Shown: one piece after another, positions 19,283 through 29,748 of the stretch
Layout: every line of letters begins with the position of its first letter
How positions within the stretch are numbered: position 1 is the first letter of the stretch
IMG/VR virus record: IMGVR_UViG_2634166338_000002
Reading direction: 5' to 3' (one strand)
Source of the DNA: a virus
Taxonomy: Duplodnaviria > Caudoviricetes
Length of the DNA: 64,000 nt
Made by a program: the position numbers and the translations under genes
The notes under the pieces: generated by a model
Database searches by the model: none
Seen by the model: only the letters and a program-made list of their open reading frames with translations
What the model was told of the DNA's origin: nothing

Positions 19283-19717
19283 TCAGGCAGGCACGGCGGT
19301 GGTGGTCGGTGCGATGCAGCGGCGTACGTAGGGCGGAAGGTCGCAGCGCTGGCCCGGCTGGGCTCCGCAGGAGTGCGGCAGAGCTCGGAGCGCGGTGAGC
19401 GTGGTGTCCTGGTGGAAGCCGAGTTCGCGGCCGCCCGGCCGGGCACCGCGCTGGAATGAACGGCAGCCCGGGATCAGAGCGAACAGGCCGCGTCCGTCCA
19501 GCCTCGCCGCCGGGCCGGTCAGGGTGCCCCGCACGTTGATGACCTTGTGGTTCCAGGCTCGCCACCGCTCGTCGGTCCAAGTGGTGACGGTGAATGTGGA
19601 CTCGTCGTCGGGCAGCAGGATCTGGGTGCCGAAGCCGGGCATGCCGAGGGCGGGCGGGCTGGAGGGATGGCACGCCCGGGGCATGGACAGCAGGTCCAGC
19701 ACGGTGATCGCGATCAT
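19283..19717 (-). CDS. Hypothetical protein
   Basis: RBS GAGGA; co-oriented with neighbours. Confidence 0.6.
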   Translation of the reverse strand: MIAITVLDLLSMPRACHPSSPPALGMPGFGTQILLPDDESTFTVTTWTDERWRAWNHKVINVRGTLTGPAARLDGRGLFALIPGCRSFQRGARPGGRELGFHQDTTLTALRALPHSCGAQPGQRCDLPPYVRRCIAPTTTAVPA

Positions 19718-19806
19718 CGGGTGTTCCTCTCGCGTGGGTGGGGTCGTGGGCGGAGAAAAGCCGCGGCCCGCACCGTGGTGGTGCGGGCCGCCGGTGGTTG
19801 CTGGGT

Positions 19807-21015
19807 TCATTCGTCGCTGCCGAGCCCGTCGACGATCACGGCGATCGCCTCCGGGATTGACGAGTTCGGGATCGCGTCGTCCAGGCTGTACACGTCGTCA
19901 TCGGTCAGGGACCGGCCCGCCCACTCCTGCAGCTGCTCCCGGGTGATCTCCACCGTGAGCTGGCCGAACCGGTCGACGGGGACAAACTCCGTGGCCGCCT
20001 GGGGCGTGTGCCACGAGCCGCGAAGATCGCTGGTTCCGCCGCAGGGCTGGCCGTCCTCCCGCGCCAGGTGCTCGTCGTCGGCGGGGACGAACGTCTCGTG
20101 GCACCGGCGGCACGACGCTTCGGGGATGGCCCCGGCCGGCGTCGTCGGCTGCGGTTCGGAGGACGACTCGGTGACCGCGCGGCGGTCGCCCGCGGGCTGA
20201 TGGTCGACGCCCCGCAGGCGGTCCGTCCCCCGGCCGTCCCGCCGTTCGTACCAGGCGGCGGCGGACTTGGCAGCGGCGAGATCGGGGTAATGCCCGAGCC
20301 GCTGCTTCCCCGCCCGCCCCTCCTCGTTTTCGAGGTGGAACGTCAGCGCCCATTCCGGCTCGTCGTTCGGCTCGTCGAGATGTGAGCCGCTGTCGTGGGT
20401 GATGGCGTAGAAGGCGCTGGTGAACGGCGCATAGTGCCGACTGCTCTGAGCGGTGATCCTGTCGGCGCCCAGAGGGTCTTGGTCGAGCCAGGTCAGCTCC
20501 TGGACGAGGACCGGCACGCCAGGCGAAGTGAAGGTCTCGTTGTCCTCGCCGTTCTCGTCGGGCCAGATCACGACCTGGACGGGGCGGTCCTCGTAGGCCA
20601 TGACCACGCCGACGTACTCGCGGCCATCCACTTCGACGGTGAGCGCGGCGTCCTCGTCGAGGTGGAAGTCGGCGTAAACGCCGTTACTGCTGGTGAGCCG
20701 GACCCGGGCCATTCTGCCGCGCACGCCGGCGGGTGCCTGTCCCGTCTGCTCGTACTCCTCGGCGGCAGCCTTCGCGCTGTCGAGGTCGATGTAGCGGCCC
20801 AGCGGTATCGAGTCGGCGTCGCCCTCGTCGTCCTCGTGGACGTAGTCGAGGTGCCACTGCGCGCGCTCGTTCGGTCGGCCGGGCCGGAATCCGCTGTCGT
20901 GCTCGATCGTGTAGTGCGCGCCGGTGTAGGGGGCGTCGTGCGGGCGCTTGCTGACGGCTTCGATCAGGTCGTCGCTGTGGCTGTCGGTCCAGGTGAGCGG
21001 GGCGGGTTTGGTCAT
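19807..21015 (-). CDS. Acidic hypothetical protein with a duplicated ~85-aa domain
   Basis: LTW...AP(Y/F)T.A.Y.I.HDSG...PN...W.L...LG.Y.DL..AK.AA occurs twice. Confidence 0.7.
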   Translation of the reverse strand: MTKPAPLTWTDSHSDDLIEAVSKRPHDAPYTGAHYTIEHDSGFRPGRPNERAQWHLDYVHEDDEGDADSIPLGRYIDLDSAKAAAEEYEQTGQAPAGVRGRMARVRLTSSNGVYADFHLDEDAALTVEVDGREYVGVVMAYEDRPVQVVIWPDENGEDNETFTSPGVPVLVQELTWLDQDPLGADRITAQSSRHYAPFTSAFYAITHDSGSHLDEPNDEPEWALTFHLENEEGRAGKQRLGHYPDLAAAKSAAAWYERRDGRGTDRLRGVDHQPAGDRRAVTESSSEPQPTTPAGAIPEASCRRCHETFVPADDEHLAREDGQPCGGTSDLRGSWHTPQAATEFVPVDRFGQLTVEITREQLQEWAGRSLTDDDVYSLDDAIPNSSIPEAIAVIVDGLGSDE

Positions 21016-21098
21016 CGGTGAGGTCCTTTCACGGGTGAGCAGCGGGTACGGGTCAGGGAAATGGCGAGGTTTCCCTGACCCGTCGGGGTTCGGGGTGG

Positions 21099-23111
21099 TC
21101 AGAACTGCGGGTGTGGGATGAGAACCTCGGCAACGGCCTCGCCGAGCCACTGGGCGGCGTTGCAGCTCACGGCGTTTCCGGCCTGCATCATCTGCTCGCC
21201 GTTGCCGCCGAGGACGAGGTAGTCGTCCGGGAAGGTCTGAGCTTTCAGGCTTTCCCGCGCCTTGAGCATTCGGTAGTAGGCGTCGAAGACGTCGTCGTCG
21301 TTGAGGATCGCCAGTTCGGCTTCGGTGGCGGTGACCAGCGCGTGGCGGTCGTGGGTGGTGACGGTGCCGAGCGGGTGTCCGGCAAGGTCGGCCTGGCCGT
21401 TGCCGTAGTAGGGCACGACCAGGGCGTTGTGCCGGGCGGTGGTGATGGTGGCCAATGGATCCTCGACCGACTGCGCTTCGGCGTGGTTGCGCTGGACGTC
21501 GATGAACGCGCCGGGGTACGGGGTGACCAGGGCTTCGCAGCCCTTCCCGTTGGCCATCACAGTGCGGCCGGGCCCGCCGATGAGGTCGATGGGCTCTTCG
21601 GCCCAGGTGCCGCCGACGGGGACGGACATCGGCGGGAAGACCACGGCGTCGCCCTGCTTGACGGTCTGGGCGGCGAGCGGTTCGTCGCTGAGTGCGTGCA
21701 GGCGCAGGCTGTCGTGGTTGAGCGCCACCCGGAACGGCTGGGGCGGAGTGACGATGCCGTGGTGGTCGACGGTGGTGACGGTGCCGAGCGGCTCGTCGTG
21801 CACGCCCTTGACCATGCGCCGGGGGTCCGGGTCGCTGAAGTTCTTGACGTAGAAGACGTTCGGCGGGACGACGGCGCTGAGAGTTGGTGAGCACTGGGCG
21901 GTGGTCATCGGCGTCTGGTCGGCCGGCCACGCCCGCAGGGCGCCGGGGCGTTCGTGGGTGTTCCCGGCGACCGTGGCGATCATCCGGCGGCGGCCGTACT
22001 TGCGCATCCCGGCACGGATGCGGCCCATCGTCTTCGGGGCGAGACCCTCGGGCTTCTTGGCGGTGCGGGGAAGGTCACCGATCCGAATGCCGACATCCGA
22101 CCAGTCGATGGCGGTGGCAGCGGGCAGGACGTACGGCTCGACGCGCTGGCCGCACCCGCCGTTCGGGCAGGTGTACCAGTATTGGCCGTACGAGGAGTTC
22201 GGGTTGCGCCGGTAGCGGCCGACAAGGAACTTGCGCTGGTGCATCTTCGGCAGCCACGTCTGCAAGCCGTGGACCTGGCGCTCGCAGTTGAAGCACCAGG
22301 ACACCGGCTTCGGGGTGACGTCCGGGCTGCGGCCGATGTCCTTGCGGACGAAGACGATGTAGAGCCGGTCACGCCATTGGGGGGCGTAGGGGATGCCGTT
22401 GCCGCCGACGTGCGCGCTGTTCACGGACGCGAGCTGGTAGTGGTAGCCCAGGCGCTCCATACCGCTGAGCCACCAGTCGAACAACTCCCAGCGCTCGGCG
22501 ACATCGGGGACGTTCTCGATGATGATCGCCTTGAAGCGCCACACTTCGGTGGCGCGGATGACGTCCATGAAGGTCGCTCGGGTGCGCTCGCGGCCCTTTT
22601 CCGAGACGTGGCCGAGCATCTCGACCATGTCGAAGCCGCCGCCCTCGTAGCGCTTCGGGCCGCCGTTGCCGCCCGCGGGGCTGAGTTCGGTGCAGATCGG
22701 GGACGCCCACAGCACGTCGGCGCCGCGCGGCAGGTAGCGGAAGTCGTAGTTGTTGACGTCCGCGCACAGGTGCTCGGCGTTGGTGAAGTTAGCGGCGTGG
22801 GTGTCGATGGCGGTGCGCCAGTGGTTCGCGGCGAGCAGGAGTTCGTACCCGGCGTTACTCAGGCCGATCGAGGAGCCGCCCGCGCCGCAGAAGATGTCGA
22901 CGAACTTGAGGCCGTTGCTGCGGCGTGGGGTCCACAGCTGGTTCCCTGCGGCCAGGTAGTTGAGGCGCTGTTGTTCGCGCCGGGCGACGGCTTGGGCGTC
23001 GCGGAGCTTGGTGGTGGCCACCTCCGCGCTGACCTGGTTACGGACGGCCTGACGGGTGAAGGCTTCGATCTTGCTGTTGGCGGGTTTGGCGGCTACGGCA
23101 GTCGCGGACAT
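21099..23111 (-). CDS. DNA cytosine-C5 methyltransferase with a long repetitive target-recognition region
   Basis: FCGAGG, ASPIC, IENV, PQWRDRLY and QAGNAV. Confidence 0.9.
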   Translation of the reverse strand: MSATAVAAKPANSKIEAFTRQAVRNQVSAEVATTKLRDAQAVARREQQRLNYLAAGNQLWTPRRSNGLKFVDIFCGAGGSSIGLSNAGYELLLAANHWRTAIDTHAANFTNAEHLCADVNNYDFRYLPRGADVLWASPICTELSPAGGNGGPKRYEGGGFDMVEMLGHVSEKGRERTRATFMDVIRATEVWRFKAIIIENVPDVAERWELFDWWLSGMERLGYHYQLASVNSAHVGGNGIPYAPQWRDRLYIVFVRKDIGRSPDVTPKPVSWCFNCERQVHGLQTWLPKMHQRKFLVGRYRRNPNSSYGQYWYTCPNGGCGQRVEPYVLPAATAIDWSDVGIRIGDLPRTAKKPEGLAPKTMGRIRAGMRKYGRRRMIATVAGNTHERPGALRAWPADQTPMTTAQCSPTLSAVVPPNVFYVKNFSDPDPRRMVKGVHDEPLGTVTTVDHHGIVTPPQPFRVALNHDSLRLHALSDEPLAAQTVKQGDAVVFPPMSVPVGGTWAEEPIDLIGGPGRTVMANGKGCEALVTPYPGAFIDVQRNHAEAQSVEDPLATITTARHNALVVPYYGNGQADLAGHPLGTVTTHDRHALVTATEAELAILNDDDVFDAYYRMLKARESLKAQTFPDDYLVLGGNGEQMMQAGNAVSCNAAQWLGEAVAEVLIPHPQF

Positions 23112-23286
23112 GTGTTGGGTGCCTCCAACGAAAACGCCGCCCGGCGATGCCGGACGGCGAGGTGGGTTCTGGTTTCGAGGGGATCGAGGGATCGGTACGC
23201 GGCTGTGTCGGCCGGGTGCAGCCATCCGGGGGCGCCCGGATGGCTAGGTGTGGTGCACGTGCCGGAACTCGCACACCAAGCGGTGC

Positions 23287-23349
23287 TGTCCGGAACGTCT
23301 GGACAAAGCTAGATCATGGTGCTGCTCCGGACCAAGATCTGCAGGTCAG
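23287..23349 (-). promoter_or_regulatory. Leftward promoter (TTGGTC-N18-TAGCTT) abutting a 19-bp operator
   Basis: TGTCCGGAACGTCTGGACA at 23287-23305; TGACCTGCAGA upstream of the -35. Confidence 0.75.
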
Positions 23350-23445
23350 GAGAGGGCTCCTTGCGCTGCGCACGTGGCGTGTGCCGTGCCGGTGTGGGTG
23401 TGTGAGCGCTCGCCGGCGGGCAGGCGCCTGTAGACGCCGGGGTGG

Positions 23446-24981
23446 TTAGATCGCCGCGCCCAGGTCCAGGTGCATCTGGCCGAACATGACGCCCCACGGG
23501 TCCGAGGTCTCGGCTACCTCGATCGGCGGCGCGTACCGGTCGCTGCGCCACAGCAGAGCCGCCCGGTCGACGTCGTCCAGATCGGCGTCGACGTCGAGCC
23601 GGTCGGCATACGCCTGCAGGTATCGGGCCGCGAGCCGGTCCCGGCCACCGCGCCACGCCTGCTGCACGTCGATCAGGTCGGTTTCGGGGGTGTGTTCGGA
23701 GAGACCGAACGCGGCGCGCATGGCGGCCTGTACCCGGGTGTGCCGCTCGCGTTCGAGGTCGCTGACCGGCAGCATCCCGCCGCTCCAGAGCAGCAGGCTC
23801 CATACCGACACCGGCACGGTCTTCGTCGGCGGTGACTTCCAGATCTCATGGGCGGCCTTCTCCGCGGCCCGTTTGGTGTCGCTGGTGTTGGCACAGGTGA
23901 TGCACAGGCCGATGGTCGGGCCGACCTTGCCGTCCTCGTCAGCGTCCAGGCTGGCGGGCGCGGCGTGCTCGCCGAGGGCCATGTCGTCGTTGCCGTCGAA
24001 CTGCCACAGCAGCCACCCGCATCCCCAGCACTGCGCCCGGTACCGGAACACCCGCTCCCGGTTGGTGCTGGGGTCGTGCCACACCTGCACCGGTGCTTCC
24101 TGCACCGCCCGGGTGGTGAGCCACGGGTAGCGCACCGGCACCGGTTCGATCGCGTCCGGGTAGTGCCGGAACAGGTATGGCGGCAGCCCTTCATGGCCGC
24201 GCACCGGCCGGGCCATCCAGATCACGCACGTCTTGAGCCCGTCGAAGGTGTCGTCCGGCAGGTTCTCCCATCCTCCGAAGTCCTCGACGAGCCGCCGTAC
24301 GTCCTTGTGCTGGCGGTCGCGGCGGAAGGAGAAACCGTTCGGCACCACCGCGACCAGGCGGCCGCCGGGTTCGAGCATGTTCCACGCCGTCATCACGTGG
24401 TCGATCCAGAGGGCGGGTTGACCCGGCGCCGAGAACGGCGGGTTCATGACCACTCCGTCGAACAGTTCGGCCCTGCCCGGGCCGGCCGCGTACTCCTCGA
24501 ACGTCGTGTCGATCACTGTGACCCGGTCAGGGTGGCCGTCCAGTTTGGCGGCGCGGGCGGTGTTCGGCTCGACGGCGACGACGTGCAGTTCGTCGTTGGC
24601 CTCCAGGATCGCCCGGACGATCTGGCCGTCCCCGGCTGACGGCTCCAGGATCCGCGATCCGGGAGGCATCCGGGCCAGGTCGCTGAACGGGCAGGTGGTG
24701 GTCAGTTGCTCGGCAAGCCAGTCCGGGGTGGGGACGTAGCCGTCATCCTTGGTCGCGGAGAAACACATGCCGGAGGCGATGACCGCGCGGAGTGCCGGGC
24801 GTGGGTCGAACTCGAAGATGAACGCGCTGCGGTTGGTCTCGTAGCGGCCGCCGAGCAGGATGAGCACCCTGGCCACGGATCTCCACACATCACCGGCGAG
24901 TTGGCCGGTGATGTGGATACGGTCGCGGGCGGTCTGAGCGTTGGCCAGCGCGGCTCGTGTCCGCGCGTCGACCTGATGCAT
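23446..24981 (-). CDS. SAM-dependent amino (N6A/N4C) DNA methyltransferase
   Basis: ILEPSAGDG and VVMNPPF; C-terminal Cys motifs. Confidence 0.85.
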   Translation of the reverse strand: MHQVDARTRAALANAQTARDRIHITGQLAGDVWRSVARVLILLGGRYETNRSAFIFEFDPRPALRAVIASGMCFSATKDDGYVPTPDWLAEQLTTTCPFSDLARMPPGSRILEPSAGDGQIVRAILEANDELHVVAVEPNTARAAKLDGHPDRVTVIDTTFEEYAAGPGRAELFDGVVMNPPFSAPGQPALWIDHVMTAWNMLEPGGRLVAVVPNGFSFRRDRQHKDVRRLVEDFGGWENLPDDTFDGLKTCVIWMARPVRGHEGLPPYLFRHYPDAIEPVPVRYPWLTTRAVQEAPVQVWHDPSTNRERVFRYRAQCWGCGWLLWQFDGNDDMALGEHAAPASLDADEDGKVGPTIGLCITCANTSDTKRAAEKAAHEIWKSPPTKTVPVSVWSLLLWSGGMLPVSDLERERHTRVQAAMRAAFGLSEHTPETDLIDVQQAWRGGRDRLAARYLQAYADRLDVDADLDDVDRAALLWRSDRYAPPIEVAETSDPWGVMFGQMHLDLGAAI

Positions 24982-25088
24982 GATAGGTGTCTCCTGGGAT
25001 GTGTTGGGGAACCGTTCCAGGTGCCGCGGCCGGGCTCGGGGTGCCTCCCGACAAGCCCGGCCGCGTTGGTTCTTCCGGCGATTGGCGG

Positions 25089-25973
25089 TCAGCCGATGTC
25101 GTCGTTCTCCGCGCGCCAGATCGCGACCACCCGATCGGCGATGCCGTCCTGGACCTCGCTGAGTTCAGCGTGCGGGTCGTCTCGGATCTCGGCGAGCGTG
25201 TGCAGCGCGCACCGAATCTCGTCCGGGGTGAGCTGGGCGAAACCCTGTTGCGGCGGTGCGGTGGCCGCGATGCCGCCCGGCGGCTGGTTGTCGTCGATCC
25301 AGAGCGTCGCCGTGTGGCGCATGGCCTGCTCGATCCGCATGCCCTCCGCCGGGTCGACCTCGTCGGTGGTGATCTCGGGGAAGGCGGCGGCCAACTGGTT
25401 CCAGAACGCCGCCGTCGCCTCGTCGATCGCGGTTCCGACACGCTGACGGCGGGCGAGGTCGTCGTTGACCGCTGCGGCGACCAGCGCGGCGACCTCGGCG
25501 GGCTGTGCCAGGTACGGCACGGTCTGGCTGTGCCGGTCGTCGTTGGGTGGACCGTAGGACACGCTTTCGGCGGTGTCGATGTACGCGTGGCGGTGGCCCG
25601 GGCCGACGTAGTCGCAGGGCCCCAGTGTGACCGTCCACGGTTCGTTGGCATCCCGGCCGGGCCACGAGGCGTTCGGGGCGGCGTACAGGGTGGCGCAGTT
25701 GCCGCTGGAGTGCAGGATCATCGTGGCGACGTCGAACCTGCCCAACTCGGCGGCGATCACATCGAGGCCCACCTGAGTGGGTCGGCGACCCTCGTCGTAG
25801 GCGTCCCGCAGGCTGGTCATGTCGACGGGGTCAGGCTCCACGCCGAACCGGGCGGGATCGATGTTGCGGGCCAGCCCCCACAGTTGGCTGTCGGTTGGCA
25901 GTAGGGCGCAGTTGTCGGCGTGCTCGCGACCGATGCGCGTCAGCTCCTGGTGCGTGTTCTCGATGGATGCCAT
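25089..25973 (-). CDS. Hypothetical multidomain protein
   Basis: RBS GAAGGGA; module shared with 18239-19201. Confidence 0.65.
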   Translation of the reverse strand: MASIENTHQELTRIGREHADNCALLPTDSQLWGLARNIDPARFGVEPDPVDMTSLRDAYDEGRRPTQVGLDVIAAELGRFDVATMILHSSGNCATLYAAPNASWPGRDANEPWTVTLGPCDYVGPGHRHAYIDTAESVSYGPPNDDRHSQTVPYLAQPAEVAALVAAAVNDDLARRQRVGTAIDEATAAFWNQLAAAFPEITTDEVDPAEGMRIEQAMRHTATLWIDDNQPPGGIAATAPPQQGFAQLTPDEIRCALHTLAEIRDDPHAELSEVQDGIADRVVAIWRAENDDIG

Positions 25974-26100
25974 CGGATGCTGTCCCTTCACAGGCGAAGG
26001 GGCCGCCGTCGCCCGGCGGCCCCTTCGGTCGAAATTCGGTGTTGTGTCGTCTGGTGACGCAGCCGCATGTCGCTCGGTATCCCGCAAATCGTGCGGATGA

Positions 26101-26119
26101 CGTCCGGAATGTCTGGACG
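26101..26119. promoter_or_regulatory. 19-bp operator copy
   Basis: CGTCCGGAATGTCTGGACG, with TGAGCTGCGGAA upstream on the - strand. Confidence 0.65.
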
Positions 26120-26276
26120 TCTTCCGTGCGGGAGAATGCCTTGCGATTCCGCAGCTCACGTGGTCCAGGCTTGCGCCGTCAGTCCCGGTGGTTCTGGCAG
26201 CCGTCGTAGGCCAGCGTGCCGTACTGACCGTCGCGCACGTCCTCGGGCTAGGCGTCGCGGCCGTCGCCCTGTTGGC

Positions 26277-27626
26277 CTAAGCCTGATGCGGGCCCTGATC
26301 GTTCACTGCCGTCTCCGGCTGGGCGGCCAGCAGTGCACCGGCCTGCATCCGCCGACTGACCTCGTCCTCGACCGCGTTGATCAGATCGCTGCTGGCCGGG
26401 TCCTCAGGGTCATACTCCAGCCCGGCCTGGTGGGAGTACATATTCGCGTCGACGAAGGCGTGCAGGTGGGAGAAGCAGGTCACCGTACGCGGCACGATCC
26501 CCTCGGCAACATCCCTACGCACCTCTGCCATGACCTTGTCGGCGAATGCCGTGACCTGTTTCGGCACGGCTGCCGGCTCGCCCGCCAGAAGCCGGGCCGC
26601 GTCGGTCACTGTCCGGCAGCCCGCGAGGACCTGCCGCAGTTCCCGGACGCTCATCCCGGCCCGCATCAGGCTTTCGTCGAGGTGCGACCAGTTGCTCATG
26701 ATGACGCTAGCGCCTTCGCCCGTCAGCATCCGCAGGCCCTCGATCGCCAAGCCAATGGACTCGGCGGTGATCCATTCCCCGGACCCATACACCCCCTCCG
26801 CCCGGTTGAAGGGCAGGCCTGCTGCGCGGGCGATCTGCTCGGACGGCTCTACCGGGAAGCCTTTCGCCGGGTAGTCGTCGATCTGCTGTTCGGGCAGCGA
26901 CCCGTTCAACAGTGCCCGCACAATGCCGAAAAGTGCGGCCGCAGGCTGCGGATTCCAGTGGTCGCACGTCTCCAGGAGCACGGCCGTGGCCCGTCCCCGC
27001 ATCTCCACAGCGGTGGCCAGGCTGTCGCTGGCATCGTCGGCGGGCAGGCCGACGGGAACCGGCGGCTTGACCCCGAGCAGGATCTCGTATGCCAGGTAGA
27101 CGGCGGCTTTCGCCGCGTCGTTGCCGTCCTGCCGATAGTCGGCCTCCGGCAATCCCTTCGCACCGGTCCGCAGGCTCCGGGCGAGCTTGCGGTCCGCCTC
27201 CTCGTACTGGGCGTACATGACCAGCGCCGTGGTACGGAATCGTTCGATCAGCTCCGCGATCGGGCTGTTGCCGCCAGCCTGCCGGGTGAACCGGGGAGTC
27301 AGCGGCTCCAGCGGCTGGAACCGGTACACGTCCGCCGCGTCGCTGCCCTCCAAGTCGGCGATCTTCGCCTGGGCGGCCGGGTCCTCGATCCCGGTCGGCC
27401 CGTACAGCGTGAAACCGTCCGCCAGGCTGCCGGTGAGCAGCACCTGCCGGAGCGGTCCGAACCGGTCGACCAGCGCCTGTCCGAGGCTCGCCAGGTCCTC
27501 GCCGCTGCCGGTCATCTCGTAGTCGCCGTTCAATCGCACGCCGACCTGCCGGTAGCCGACGAATCCGCCCCGACGCAGCGGGTCGCCTTCGCTCAAGAAC
27601 TCGTCGATGTAGTCGCTGCTGTTCAT
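26277..27626 (-). CDS. Hypothetical multidomain phage protein
   Basis: RBS AAGGAGGAGG; C-terminal FSHLHAFVDANMY segment. Confidence 0.65.
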   Translation of the reverse strand: MNSSDYIDEFLSEGDPLRRGGFVGYRQVGVRLNGDYEMTGSGEDLASLGQALVDRFGPLRQVLLTGSLADGFTLYGPTGIEDPAAQAKIADLEGSDAADVYRFQPLEPLTPRFTRQAGGNSPIAELIERFRTTALVMYAQYEEADRKLARSLRTGAKGLPEADYRQDGNDAAKAAVYLAYEILLGVKPPVPVGLPADDASDSLATAVEMRGRATAVLLETCDHWNPQPAAALFGIVRALLNGSLPEQQIDDYPAKGFPVEPSEQIARAAGLPFNRAEGVYGSGEWITAESIGLAIEGLRMLTGEGASVIMSNWSHLDESLMRAGMSVRELRQVLAGCRTVTDAARLLAGEPAAVPKQVTAFADKVMAEVRRDVAEGIVPRTVTCFSHLHAFVDANMYSHQAGLEYDPEDPASSDLINAVEDEVSRRMQAGALLAAQPETAVNDQGPHQA

Positions 27627-27763
27627 GGTAGTGCCTCCTCCTTCGGGCCCGAGCGTTCTGCCCAGTGCCACTCGATGCCCCGCCAGCCCTGCACGCAGCG
27701 GGGGTGACGGGCCGTCGGACGGCACAGGTCAGGGAATTCCGCGAGGTTCCTGACCGGTGGCCG

Positions 27764-28222
27764 TCACCCTGTGATCAGGTAGGCGTCCTTGCCGGGGATC
27801 ATGTGGACGGTGCCGATGGGGTGCAGGTCCACGTTGGCGTTGAAGTCGCGCCAGGTGCGGGTGTCGGGGTTCCAGTCGCCCTCGCCGACGACCGGGACCC
27901 GTAGCTCCGGGTAGTGGGCGACAGCCCACCAGCGATCGGCCATGGCCCACGACCAGTTCCGCAGGTTGAGGCCCTCGGGGATCGGGCTGTCGCCGTACGC
28001 GGTGATCAGCGTGCTGAAGGTGTCGTACATCCACGTCCCGGTGGGGAATGGCCGGGACTCACCGCCCGCCCGCCCGGGGAACTCGCGCCAGGCGTCCTTG
28101 CGTTCGTGCTCCATGCGGCGGGCGATCTCATCGGGCACGATGACGACCTCGCGGCCGTCGGCTTTGGTGGTGATCAGGATCCGGTCGGGGGTGAGTGTCG
28201 GGACCGGATGGGTGTCCTGCAC
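27764..28222 (-). CDS. Hypothetical protein, paralog family A copy 3
   Basis: VPDEIARR...FPTGTWMYDT...PIPEGL...DLHP. Confidence 0.7.
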   Translation of the reverse strand: MQDTHPVPTLTPDRILITTKADGREVVIVPDEIARRMEHERKDAWREFPGRAGGESRPFPTGTWMYDTFSTLITAYGDSPIPEGLNLRNWSWAMADRWWAVAHYPELRVPVVGEGDWNPDTRTWRDFNANVDLHPIGTVHMIPGKDAYLITG

Positions 28223-28269
28223 GGTGGTGTCCTTTCTTCGGGGTGGGTTGTTCGCGGGCGGGCTGGCGG

Positions 28270-28734
28270 TCAGCCCTTGAACATGAAGGCGTGCGGGTTC
28301 CAGCAGGAGGTCCAGGCGTGGCCCTGCGGGTGCAGGTCGGCGTTGCCGTTGAGGTCGCACCACATGCCGTTCGTGTCGTCCCAGTCGCTGGCGCCACCGA
28401 TACCGGGCACCAGGTGTGAGCGGTAGGCGGCTTCGGCTCGGTGCCCGCCGGCCCGAGCCCGCTCGCGGATGTCGTAGTGGGCGGGGATGTCGCTGGCCGC
28501 GTAGGCGACCATCAGGGTCGTGACCGTGTCGTACATCCACGTGCCGGTCGGGAACTCGCAGGACTCCCCGTAGGCGTAGCCGCCGCGCTGTTCGCGCCAT
28601 CCGGCTCTGATCTCGCGGGCCATCCGGCGGGTGATCTCGTCGGGCAGAACGAGCACCTCAAGGCCGAGCCAGTCGGTGGCGAAGCGGATTTGGTTGACGG
28701 TCAGCGTCGATACGGCCGCAGCGGTGTTCGGCAT
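28270..28734 (-). CDS. Hypothetical protein, paralog family A copy 2
   Basis: LPDEITRR...FPTGTWMYDT...DLHP. Confidence 0.7.
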   Translation of the reverse strand: MPNTAAAVSTLTVNQIRFATDWLGLEVLVLPDEITRRMAREIRAGWREQRGGYAYGESCEFPTGTWMYDTVTTLMVAYAASDIPAHYDIRERARAGGHRAEAAYRSHLVPGIGGASDWDDTNGMWCDLNGNADLHPQGHAWTSCWNPHAFMFKG

Positions 28735-28837
28735 GGGCGGTCGGCTCCTCTCAGGCGAAGGGGTGTGGTGCCGGGAGACGGACCGGCCGCGCCCTCGATG
28801 AGGTCGCGGCCGGAGAGCGGGGTGGCGCAGTGGTGGG

Positions 28838-29293
28838 TCAGTCGCCCTTTACGGCGCGCTTGAAGGCGATCGCGTGATCGGGGCAGAGGTGCGGGCCGAC
28901 GACGTGTAGGTCGGGGTCGACCGGGGCGTCCGGTGTCCGGGTCTGCTCGTTCCAGTCGTCGGCGCTGATGATCGGCGGCCACAGCGTGAGGCCGTGGGCG
29001 GCGGAAAACCGGTTCGTCAGGGCGTCCATGTACTGGTCGTGGCCGAGGCCCTCAGGGATCGGGCAGGCGGCGAGCGCCCACATGATGGTGGTGACGGTCG
29101 TGTACGTCCAGGTCCCGGAGGTGAACACCCTCACAGGGCCGGGCAGCGTGCCGAAGTGCGGGGACCAGCCGTCGGTGATCTCGGCGCGGATCCGTGCGGC
29201 GACCTCGTCTGGCACGAGTAAGGCCTGGTGGCCGTCACGGTCGTAGGCCACTCGGACCTGGTCGGTGGTGAGCGGGGGCCCGGGTTCGGTCAT
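28838..29293 (-). CDS. Hypothetical protein, paralog family A copy 1
   Basis: VPDEVAAR...FTSGTWTYTT...PIPEGL...DLH. Confidence 0.7.
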   Translation of the reverse strand: MTEPGPPLTTDQVRVAYDRDGHQALLVPDEVAARIRAEITDGWSPHFGTLPGPVRVFTSGTWTYTTVTTIMWALAACPIPEGLGHDQYMDALTNRFSAAHGLTLWPPIISADDWNEQTRTPDAPVDPDLHVVGPHLCPDHAIAFKRAVKGD

Positions 29294-29375
29294 GTGGGGC
29301 TCCGTTCTGTGTGGGGGTGGGCTTGGACGGCGACCGGCCGTGACCTCGGTGGTCACGGCCGGTCGGATGGGTCGC

Positions 29376-29651
29376 TCAGGAGGCGGTGGCGACGGTGGCG
29401 CTCAGGCGGCCGTTCTCGCTGGTGGCCCAGCTGCCGGTGATCATGTATCCGGCATAGCGCCGCAGGATGCGCTCGGCCTGGGCCGTGGCGGTCCGCTGCC
29501 ACAGCCGCAGCATGTGCGGGTCGATCTTGAAGCCGGTGCGGTCGCCGTCAATATCGACGTGCAGGTACGGGGTGCCGAGGGTGTCGAAGGTGATCTCGGC
29601 GGTCGTGGTCTCGGTTGCGGTGGTGGCGGCGGGCAGGGCGGCGATCGACAT
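29376..29651 (-). CDS. Hypothetical protein, short member of paralog family B
   Basis: PYLHV...AERILRRYAGYMITGSWA aligns with PCLHV...AVRLLRRKTGYAPTGSWA of 35690-36124. Confidence 0.65.
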   Translation of the reverse strand: MSIAALPAATTATETTTAEITFDTLGTPYLHVDIDGDRTGFKIDPHMLRLWQRTATAQAERILRRYAGYMITGSWATSENGRLSATVATAS

Positions 29652-29748
29652 GGTGATGCCTTTCTCGTGGGTGTGGTGGGGGTTGCTCCGGCGCTGGTGG
29701 GCCGGGGGGCGGGTGACGTGTGGGCCGGGTGCCGTGCAGTGGAAGTAC

